Origin: Utricularia gibba
Lineage: Eukaryota; Plantae; Magnoliophyta
DNA length: 64,000 bases
Reading direction: 5' to 3'
Assembly (NCBI GenBank): GCA_002189035.1
Contig: CM007992.1
Span: 1,116,001-1,180,000, forward strand
The notes under the pieces were generated by a model. That model searched no databases, was not told the origin of the DNA, and saw only the letters and a list, made by a program, of their open reading frames with translations. How positions within the stretch are numbered: position 1 is the first letter of the stretch; the number at the start of each line of letters is the position of its first letter. Positions 38,975 through 49,829 of this stretch are shown here, piece after piece. The position numbers and the translations under genes were made by a program.

Positions 38975-40262
38975 ATGTTGGGAGAGGAGCAGGAGGAGCT
39001 TATGCCGCTGCCGCTGCCGCCGCCGCAGCTTCAGCTCCAGCTTCATGTAGAGCCGCAGCCGCCGCTGGGGCAAATGCGGCATCTTCTGGTGAGCTGCGCG
39101 GAGGTCGTGGCGCGGTCGGATTATGCGGCGGCGCAGCGGCTGTTGTCGGTGCTTTCATCGGGTTGTTCGCCTTGTGGGGATTCGACGGAGAGGTTGGTTC
39201 ATCAGTTTGCGAGGGCGTTGAGGCTTCGGTGCTCCGGTGGAATTGGAGGTTTTAGGGTTTCGGTTAACGCCGGCGGGTCGACGAGTAGAGGGTGTTCCGA
39301 TGAGGATGCCGTGGTGCAGTCGTCGTACTTGTCTTTAAACCAAGTAACGCCGTTTATTAGATTCTGTCAGTTAACGGCAAACCAGGCCATTTTAGAAGCT
39401 ATCGACGGCCGTCAATCGATCCACATCCTTGATTTCGATATCATGCACGGCGTCCAATGGCCGCCATTGATGCAAGCTTTGGCAGATCGGTAAGATACCC
39501 CTTAGAGTTAAGTATATCAGTTACAGTTATGAATATATTTTTTTATATGGTGGCAGGTACCCAACGCCGACGTTGCGAATTACCGGCAGCGGCGGTGAAT
39601 TGGAGATTCTAAGAAGAACCGGCGATCGGCTAGCGAAATTCGCACACTCGCTAGGCCTTAGATTTCAATTCCACCCACTTATCCTCCTCGCCGGCGAAGA
39701 TCCGGTTTCAGTTATCGCCTCCTCTGTCGTGATTCTCCCGGAGGAAACCCTCGCCGTGAACTTCAACCACTACCTCCACCGTCTACTCACGGACCGGGAC
39801 CACCTCCACCTCTTCCTTCGCCGCATCAAATCCATGTCTCCGATCATCGTAGCCGTTGCCGAAAGAGAAGCAAACCACAATCACCCCATTTTCCAGCACC
39901 GTTTCATCGAGGCGCTCAACCATTATGCCGCCGTGTTCGATTCTCTAGAAGCCACCCTCCCTCCCAACAGCCGCGAACGCTTCGCCGTCGAACAGATGTG
40001 GTTCGGGAAGGAGATATGCGACATCGTCGCGGCGGAGGGTGAATTCCGGCGAGAAAGACATGAAAGATTCCGATCATGGGATTTGATGATGAGAAGCTCA
40101 GGCTTCACCAACGTTCAGCTTTCACCGTTTGCAGTTTCCCAGGCCAAGCTTCTGCTTAGACTGCATTACCCTTCTGAAGGCTATCAGCTTCACATTTTCA
40201 ACAATTCACTGTGTCTGGGATGGCAGAATCAACCCCTTTACTCAGTTTCATCTTGGCACTAA
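38975..40262 (+). CDS. LAS: GRAS transcription factor, LATERAL SUPPRESSOR / Ls / MOC1 subfamily, 2 exons
   Basis: MLG start; QMRHLLVSCAEVVARSDYAAAQRLL...SPCGDSTERLVHQFARAL; YLSLNQVTPFIRFCQLTANQAILEA; IHILDFDIMHGVQWPPLMQALADR|YPTPTLRITG; terminal LGWQNQPLYSVSSWH (SAW motif). Exons 38975-39489 and 39557-40262. Confidence 0.92.
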
Positions 40263-40706
40263 GACCCCAATTTCATTAATTACTTTTCTTGGAAACCCTA
40301 ACCCTAATCCCTGCATGCTCCTCTCCAGTTTGGTGAATTTGAGGACAAAAAGGTGAGTTTTTATTGTACCTATGAAGCACCTCCTAGTATCTTCCCTCCT
40401 ACATTCTCATGTCTCAGTTTCAATCCTTAAAACTACTTTAGTCGTGTAACATGCTTCCCTACAGTGTCATACTAAATACATCCTCTTGTCTTAAGATTCC
40501 ATCAACCCTCAAACTATGCATCTTCTATCATCTTACTGTGTGAAAGCGCTTCATGGTCACAGCAGTAACTGTTGCTGGTCACTGTATATCATTCCAGCAT
40601 GCTGTGCTAGAATGATATGGAAGGAACTTGTTCTGAAAACAAGCTGGATCATGGGAACATGTTAGAAGAATAAGCATCCATCCATGATCTGGTTTATAAT
40701 CTCATG

Positions 40707-41182
40707 TGCGTGTGCCTAAAAATGTGGTCGAATCTGGAATTTTGTCATGTTTGAGATTCCTTAATAAAAAGCAGATGCTCGGTATCGGTTCTTAAGTGGG
40801 AAAAGAAAGCAGGCCTTTATGTTATTCCTTTTGTTTGTCAAGTCATGAGTCTCTGATGCACAGAAACACGCAATCTGTGGCACCCCAGTTTTACTTATGG
40901 TCATATGATTCCTGATGCAATGAAGTAAACAGCAGACATTCCAAGTTTTGGTGGTGGAGTTCACAAGTTTATTTGGGGAAAAGAGAGGATGGATGATCAT
41001 CATGAAAAGGAAAAGGCTCAAAAGTATATGCGTGTGATAAATTTGTCTTTTGTGTCTCCAAAAGGGACCACCCCACACTCCTTTTCCCCAGCTATCTCCA
41101 CATTCTTGTGTTTGCACAGCAGCTTTGCCTTTGCGTGTTAACATAACCAAGATTTTTGGCTAGAGGCAGGATATCCCACGCA
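40707..41182. promoter_or_regulatory. Candidate 3' enhancer of LAS: cluster of NAC-type (T)TGCGTG cores
   Basis: TGCGTGT at 40707-40713, ACACGCAA at 40866-40873, TGCGTGT at 41029-41035, TTGCGTGT at 41131-41138, CACGCA at 41177-41182. Confidence 0.4.
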
Positions 41183-43065
41183 CAGGAAGCAGTTGATGCC
41201 TACAAACTAACCCGCTGCTGGTGAGCTTGTAACTTCTGTTACAGATCAAATTCTACTGGTACAAGACCAGGTTCGGGTTTCTGCAGCTCAAACGAAGAGA
41301 CCATGGCTGAACCAGGGTCCAGGCCTCAAGACAGCGAGCCCCAAATGTAGTGTGAATAAAAGGGGGAAAAGGTGAGATTGCTGCATTACTTGATGGACAT
41401 AAAAAGGAAAAAAAGAGAAAGATCCTGCATGATTTGAATTCAGAGGAATGACGCAAGAGTTTCCCACCACAGAAATGAGCATTGGGCACAGCTCCCCATC
41501 TCTCTCTTATCTCCACAAGTACTGCACAGAGCATGGCATTCCTGAACAAGGAACCAACACAATAATCCCACTTATTAATCAACCAAACCAGTGCCCCAAA
41601 ACCTCAAAAACAACTCAAGCTGCTCGGAATCCGTGCCACTTGGGGCAGGGACACGCTGGTCGGGGGTCGACAAGTGTCCAGGTTAGGTGTATGAATTTCA
41701 GGGAGGATCGTATTCGTGGTCATAATGAGAGCATGGGAATGAAGGAGGAGAGGGTAAATAGTGATGATGAGAATAATAATGATGATGAGTGTGAGTAATT
41801 ATAGAGACGTGAAATCAATCACTCGCTTGACTACCGAGCGAAGTGATAGATCCAAAGCGGGGAGGAAAGATGCTCTCAGAAGCAACCCTCGCTGTTTCAA
41901 GCCACGCCCACTTTTCCTACCTCAACAAATCATTGCAAATATACTCCAAAAAAAATTCTAAAATCATTTTTATTATCAACCCAAGATTAATGTTATATGA
42001 GTCCTTTTATTCATATAGTAAAAACATAAAACCGTAAGTGTTTAAAATGAATAATATCATAAAATATGGATAGTGATATTTGGTTGCACATGTCAATTAT
42101 AGGATCAAGTATTCCACAAGGATGTTGAATGGTTAAGTGGATAAGAATGTAAAGTCAACAGATATTGGTTACAAAGATAGAAAAGATATGTATAAATAAA
42201 TAGATTCTTCAAATATTATTATACATCTTTTTTTGAGTAAAAAATATAAAATTATGAAGATTAAGTAAATTATATAATATTATATAAAAAAAGATGAGTT
42301 GTATGCTTTGAGAAGATTAAAATTTAAAAATGTTTACTATTATTAAAGAAGAGTAGTTGAAATCCAATTTCTATTTTATTAAATTTAATTATTTAAAAAT
42401 ACTTTGTGAGAAATAGAATCTAATATTAATGATATACATAAATAAATAAATAAAATACAATTTTGTGCAAAAATATCAAATAATAAACTCATTAGTTCTT
42501 TTAGGAAGGACCATAGAAAAATTTTATAGTTATATTAGAGATTGGAGCAAATCTAGTTTTTAATTTAGATTGATAGAAGTGTATATTAATGTATGTTATT
42601 TTCATTTAAAGTTGTTAAAATTAAGTATCCAATAAGTGAGATAAATACGGGTATAAAATCTAAATATATAGTAAACATGAATCACATTATAAAAGATTAG
42701 ATATTAATGTATTATTAGTGATTTTTGATCATATGACTTTGAGCGTGGGATTGCTTGGTGCAATAAAACCGACTGGGCCGGAACTAATGAACGAATGCAC
42801 TCAGATCCTCCATTCGTGAGTTTCTTTATTTTCTTCAAGTTTTGTTCTTGGGCTGCGGATTTGATTCTGCGGAGCTTGGTTTTGGGCTTGAGTCATGGGA
42901 AACAAAATGAAGAAGGGGTTTATTGCACAGGCTGGATTCTATACAGCAGCATTTTTGGGAGAGATTTGCTAACAGCAGTCTTGCGTTCTTGTTCTTTGAA
43001 AGAAACTATGGCTGATCAGACACAGAGATTTGGACATTTTGTCTGAGGATAGCAGCAGCACTTGA

Positions 43066-43569
43066 TCAAGTGAGATGCAGCTGTGTTTTTGAAACGAGTA
43101 TGCCATCGGTATCTGCGTACAACCAGTCCCCTTCCCGAATGAAAACTCCGGCGATATTCACCGGCGTGTGCTTTTCTCCGATGCCTCTTTTGTTGGATTT
43201 CTGGGGATGGGATCCCAATGCTCTAACACCCACATCGCATCCATTGATCTCATCAACATCGCGTACGCAGCCGTTCACAAGTACTCCAGACCATCCCCTG
43301 TTCTGAGCCAACTGAGCGATGTTTCCACCCAACAAGGCGCACCTCAAGCTTCCTCCCCCGTCAACCACCAAAACTCTCCCTTCACCATTGTTTTCAAGAA
43401 TTTCCCTTACGAGGACATTGTCTTCGAACACCTTCACCGTCACAATAGGCCCAGAAAACGATCGCCGCTGCCCGTAAATCTTGAAGATTGGAGGGAGGAC
43501 GTGAATGTCTCCGCTCGCTAACAGCGTGGCGTTTCTGTCACATGCATCGGCGGTCGCCAATTGAGCCAT
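43066..43569 (-). CDS. RraA-like / 4-hydroxy-4-methyl-2-oxoglutarate aldolase (167 aa, CDS without introns)
   Basis: ATADACD, FSGPIVTVKVFEDNVLV, GRVLVVDGGGSLRCALLGG, GWSGVLVNGCVRDVDEI, DWLYADTDGILVS. A TTTGTAG acceptor just upstream of the ATG indicates a 5'UTR intron. Confidence 0.95.
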   Translation of the reverse strand: MAQLATADACDRNATLLASGDIHVLPPIFKIYGQRRSFSGPIVTVKVFEDNVLVREILENNGEGRVLVVDGGGSLRCALLGGNIAQLAQNRGWSGVLVNGCVRDVDEINGCDVGVRALGSHPQKSNKRGIGEKHTPVNIAGVFIREGDWLYADTDGILVSKTQLHLT

Positions 43570-46500
43570 GTAATTCGATTCACCTACAAAGAGAAGCTAT
43601 CTCTTCATTCAGGCATTTCCACAAACAACATAACTGAGAAATTTCCGGACAACGAAACCGGCATAAGAGAATCCGCAATCCAAGATGTGAGCAACAGAAC
43701 AAATGCCCCACAAAATTAGCTATCAAAAACAGATACATGCTTCCCACACAAGAAAAAACACATAAACACGCTCATTCACACACGAACCTTCGATTTGAAA
43801 GTGCCGAGCCGAATTGGCAGCCTTGCAGGCGGTTGAAATCAGAAGCCGATAGATGGACGACTCGCTACTTTCGCCGGAGACGCCGAGGAAAGGCACCGGA
43901 GGTTTATGGGTGCTCCTCCCTCGGCATGAGTGTCTAGCAGGTAGCGTTATCCCCCTCGATGGGAGCACCCTTAATTCGATAACATATTTTATATGAGAAA
44001 AAAATGCAATTAGTTTTATTTTAATAATAAAAACATATATTTCACAAATTACTACTAATCTAGTGGGCAATCCCTTCACCACACTAGAAACTTGGAGACA
44101 TAGGTTTTTCCAATTAGAAAAACCGAGCACCTTATAATGTAAATGTAAAAAAATTGATCATCATCAATATTAAATTTTAAGTTGGATACCAACTTAGGTT
44201 TAAGCAGTATTTTGAAAAATTTTTAAAATCTGTTTTTACTTTTCAAAATTACTTTTGAAAAGTAGAAATAAAAAGTAAAAATAAATAACTTCTTATTTTT
44301 CCAAAAATAATTTTTGTAGTTATAATTTTAAAAGTGTTTTTGATAGAATTATTTTTACAATTAAAATTATTCTAGAAAAAAATTATTTTTACTTCTGAAA
44401 AGTAAAATAAATTTTAAAAATTTTCCAAAACATTACTAATGTTAGGTATTCTTATCTTACAATGATTATTTCAATAATCTACTTCCACTTCCTTCTTTCT
44501 CTTCATTCAATCAATTGTAAACTAGCTCTGTTCACGAGGCAGCACTCGTTGAGTCAGTAATCAAACTTGATGAGCTGAGATAAAAATAAATAAATATAAC
44601 TCATCGAATTACTAGTTATACACTGAATTCGACTCGAATCACAAGTTGACCCGAATTGAATATTTAAAATACAAATACCATTTTTATTATAACTAGTTCT
44701 TGCCATAAGTTATGAAAGAGAATTGTATCACAATTTACACAAGATCATATGTGTTCTAACTAATATTTGTCATAATTTTAAAAAGGTATTAGCATTGTCT
44801 AGTACATTAAATCATTGTTTATCATAACTTGTGAAGTATAATAACATTACGTAATATCATGTTTATGTTATATATATATGAGTTGACTCGGATCAAACTC
44901 GGATAAAAAATATATCACTTAATTCATTGATCGAGGAGATAAACACTAATTCCACATCCCACATTGAGAATAAGAGGAGAAGAAGAAGCATACTTTGACT
45001 TCTACATCTGATACTAGCTCACCATCGGATTATATTATAACGAATAATTGTATATCGAAATTTGAAAATAAAATAATTAATTATATAATAAATTATAAAT
45101 CACTAATAATCAATTGAATTTAATTTTTTCTAATATGATTTATATATTTATATGTTTGATTTCACATGTGATCACATTGAATCCTTAATTTCAACAAATT
45201 AAAAAGTTACTAGCATTCTACTCTTTATTTCCATCATGTATTAATGAATGAGATAGAATTGGTCAAATTCATCACCATTCAACTTGTTCAACACACCATG
45301 TGCATGAAATTAAAATCATCATGCCGTTGTTTCAAATTTTGAAACCTAAAAAATGTTGGAAGTCTTCTCGAGGATCAAGAATTCATGCACAAGGCTGCTT
45401 ACATGGGGGTCTTTTGGCGTGTACGGTCAGCCCCATCTCCGGTGCATCAAGGAATCCAGAGTACAGTCATTGGGCCGGGCAATCGTATCCAACAACCATC
45501 GGAGCATTTGTATCTTCCCACTGTTGCCTTTATGCTATGTAACCACTTAAACTATCAATTACGTAACCTAAATTTTCTCATTAAAATCTAAATTAAGAAT
45601 TCGATGTCTTGGATGAATACATATGTAAAGTTTAAGTATATAAAAAACATGAATCATATTAGAAAAAATTAGATTCAATCAATTATCAGTAATATATAAT
45701 TTATTATATATTTGATTATTTTATTTTAAAATCCTATTATTGAATTATTTGTTTTAATATTCGCTCTAAAGTTAAACCCACACATCAGAATTATAGATAA
45801 TTTTAAACTTTGTTTAGTTTTGTTCCTTGAAAAGTACTTACGAGAGTATCTCCAATAAAATAGAAACAATAGAGAAAGATTAAGAAAGGGATTTGGATTG
45901 TGGGAACACACTGTTTAGGTCAAATATTTGAATGAGATAAATGCATGAAAATAAAAGGCAATTTATTATGTGCAATGAATTGAATTTGGAAACCCTATTG
46001 CAGAAATGGAAAAGTATGCTGCATGCTTCCAAATTCAAGCCTAATTTCGTTGAAGCATTTAATACCAACATACCCCAAAATCTAAGCATGCCCCTTTTAC
46101 CTTTTCCAAATCAAGAGGAGTATATTTGAGCTTCCAAATTAAGTATGATCCTTGATCATTAGCATAATTGGCTACAATTAAAATCAATGTTATTAAATGT
46201 ATTGTGTGAGAAAAATGATCATTCACAAATCAATAAAAATAATTATTTGTTCATCAAATACTCTAACCATTTAAAAATTCAGACATCAAACGTGATATGT
46301 GTGAACAATCTGATCGATCATAATATATTTTTTTTATCTTAATATATGAGAGAGAATGTATGAAAGGTTAGATTTGTAAATGATCCTAAAATGCTACCTA
46401 TGTATAAAGTATTAATAGGATAATTAGTGTCAAAGGTCTCTATTGTTTATAATAGTATACAATCTCAGCCCATTGTGAAAATTATGGATTTTGTCTCAAT

Positions 46501-47054
46501 GGAATAATAAAAAAAATTTATTTGGAGTCTACCTATATCAAATTATTTGACGAAATAATATAGTAATTTTTAAAAACGATTAAAAATGCGAACTTTCGAA
46601 ACCTTGAAAATCGGTTTTATTCCGTATTGAAACAGTAGTAATCAATTATAAATGATTTTTAAACAATATAGGTGAAAAGTAATTATTTATAAATAAATTA
46701 TGTGATTTGGACAAACCACATCAATACGCGTGTCACTATTTCATATGCACACGATTTTATAGAGATGGTGTCTATTTGATCACAAAATGGACTTAGAGTC
46801 AACACGTGTTTTTGACTTTTTTTCTTTTTTCGATATTCTAATATAAACAATTTTATAATATGTTTAATAGTAATCAAAACCATTTTTATAAAAAAATTCA
46901 TTTATCGTAAATAAAAAATGAATTTAAATACAGATTGTGAGTAAATTTTTATAAAAAACTTAAATTATATTTAAATAAAGACAATTAACAAAGCGATTTT
47001 ATTTAAAAATAATATTTGAAAAATTCACTAACTAAAATTGTACCAATATTCTCT

Positions 47055-47440
47055 ATTATTTATCTAAATGACATAATTGATCACTCAAAATAATGTTTTA
47101 ATTCCAATTATTCCAAAACTATTCATAATTGGTTTCCATAATTTTAAATCGAGCAAAAATAGCCCCAATTATTTCAACTCGAGCAAAAATGATTCCCACT
47201 ATTTACATAAATATCATATTAATCCCCAATTTAAAACCTTAATTTTTTCCAATTTAATTTTACTATTTTCGATCGATTTTATACCACTGTCGACCATCAC
47301 CCCTGCACCTTGCCACGCGACGACAGGTACGTAAAATTTAAGGACTAAATATGCCAATGGGAACTACTTATGACTTTTTCATTAAACATTAAGGACTAAT
47401 CATGCCAATTCTAAAAATTTTAGGAATTTATGCCAGCCAA
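47055..47440. mobile_element. Degenerate non-autonomous element, copy 2 (same family as 28320-28835)
   Basis: Collinear similarity of both arms to 28320-28835, with a shorter GC-rich core. Confidence 0.55.
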
Positions 47441-47956
47441 TGGCTATTTATTAATCTCATATTTGATTATAATTAAAGCAAATAAAATTATTTTATTTTC
47501 GACCCGGGTCGCCCAAGTGGTCTAGATCCACCAAGAAAGCAGGAAATCGGATCATTATCCAGACTCTTTTTTTTTTCTCCAAAACAAATTAAAAATATTA
47601 TTTGAAAGTATCTAGTGTATATCAAAAATAAAAAAGAAGTACCCAATAAGGTATTTTTTTTTTTTTTTAATTTAAATCAAATGTTTTTCTGCTCCTATAT
47701 CAGACTTCCATTATTGTACAGAAGCCACAGCCTCCCCTCCTAACACATTTTTTTTTGTAGGAAAAATACTTTCTTTATCGATTCAACATTTAATGTTCCT
47801 TGATCTTCTAGAAATTTGTGTTCTTCTTGACATCTTATGCTATGGATCCATTAGGCACCCTCAGTTGTCAAATTGTAATAACTGAAACGCTGCTTCCTTG
47901 CTTCTGCTATAAAGTTATCATCTTTGGGGGAGCTTCAGATTGAGTTAGTTTCCGCC

Positions 47957-49056
47957 ATGGCTGAGGTCTGCTCCATGGATACAGAGAGTGGATCCGATCA
48001 GAAGGGGGACTCCCGGGCTTGCTGTGTGTTCAAGGTGGAGTTCGTACAGAAGGTGGGTTGGGGTTTTGTTCCTGCATGTTGTGGTTTAAGTTTCTGAACA
48101 TGGTGTCTGTGCAGCTGCTAGCAGAGATTCTGGGGACGTATTTTCTCATGTTTGCTGGGAATGGATCGGTTCTGGTGAACAAGGATTGGGACAACGTGGT
48201 GACGTTGCCGGGGATCTCGATCGTGTGGGGGCTGGCGGTGATGGCGCTGGTGTACTCCGTCGGCCACGTCTCCGGCGCGCACTTCAATCCGGCCGTCACC
48301 ATCGCCTTCGCTACTTGCAAGAGGTTCCCATGGAAACAGGTGCACCTCATCAAGCTACGCACCATAGATTTGAAAACTAGTCTTGTAATGATTGTGTTGG
48401 ATATGGATCATAAAGGTTCCAGCATACATTGGGGTACAAGTTCTGGGCTCAACTTTGGCGAGCATAACTCTGAAGCTGCTCTTCGAAGGGCCGCAGGCGC
48501 ACTTCACAGGAACACTTCCCAGTGGCAGCAACGTGCAGTCGTTGGTGGTGGAGTTCATCATCACCTTCTATCTCATGTTCATCATCTCTGGAGCGGCTAC
48601 AGATGACAGAGGGGTACTCCCTTTTTTTCTTTCACTTGAGATTGTGTTTTGAGGGCCATCCTCCTGCTGAAGTTTGACAGTTCTGTGTGGGTAGGTGGGG
48701 GAGCTAGCAGGGCTTGTGGTAGGCTCCACTGTGTTGCTCAATGTCATGTTTGCAGGGTATGGTAACTAGCGTTTACCTTGCACTTTTTTGAGATCATTTG
48801 AGGTGTCTGATGTTTGTGTTGTTGGGTGTGAAGGCCGATATCAGGGGCGTCAATGAATCCGGCGAGATCATTAGGACCTGCCATAGCATTCAACACATTT
48901 CAGAGCATATGGGTGTACATCATCGGCCCCATAGCCGGAGCAATAGCAGGGGCTTGGGTCTACAACGCACTGAGAGTTACAGACAAGTCTCTTAGTGAGG
49001 TAACCAAGAGTTCCAAATTCCTGGGTCGCTACTCGTGCCGGATCTCCTCCACTTGA
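47957..49056 (+). CDS. NIP1: Aquaporin NIP1-type (nodulin-26-like), 5 exons, intact
   Basis: LLAEILGTYFLMFAG, GHVSGAHFNPAVT, ELAGLVVGSTVLLNV, ISGASMNPARSLGPA. NPA/NPA motifs with an ar/R filter W-V-A-R, which places it in the NIP I subgroup. Confidence 0.93.
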
Positions 49057-49829
49057 GACCCTGGTTTCCAACAGAGTCTTTGTGTTGAGCAGTAAATCTG
49101 TGCAATGGAATAAAAGCAGAAGTGGGTGGTGCTAATGGAAGGAAGTTGGTGAAAACTTTGCAAGAAATGATGAACTCGGAGCAAAGAGCAACCAAACTGT
49201 GCCTTACCATTCTAGACTTCATACAATACAACCCCACCTCACATTACAATTCTGGATACATGTAACTATCTTGATTACATGAGGGAAGTGATATCAGTAT
49301 ATGAGCTCGCATTTGAGGCAACTATGGTAAATACGTCATGTAAAATGGTGCTGAGAATGTAAAAGCCCCTCACCTTACATCCCTCGTGAGACGAAATAAT
49401 GCCACTTTATAGCAAGGTTCTCTATCCAAGATGATCAAGGTTAAATGGCACTTAACTAAAAATACTCATTCGAACAGGTTGAAAACATGTCAATTTGGCA
49501 ATCTTCAAACCTTTCTCCATGTTTAAAAAGATTTTGAGTTGAAAATGAATAAAAATTTGTATATGAATCGAAGAACATAGACTAAATTACAAAATTAGAG
49601 CTCCATATTTTCATTTCTTGACGGATTCTTTTTGCATCATGAAAGCATAATTAGATTGTGTACCTCTAAAGGCCGATGGACAAAATCACGAAGTTGTAGA
49701 AACAGCATGCAGCTTGTTTCTTGCAAAAATATGGCACAATGAATTTTGTGAGCTGAAATGCATGGATGGAACTAGTTACTGCCGTGAAAGCAATAGGGTG
49801 TTAGCTGGGGCCAATGTTTGCTTCGGCAA

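Noticed and set aside
40586-40618. miRNA precursor downstream of LAS
   Set aside because: The hairpin is only 33 nt (9+4 bp), too short for a plant pre-miRNA, and matches no miRNA I know.
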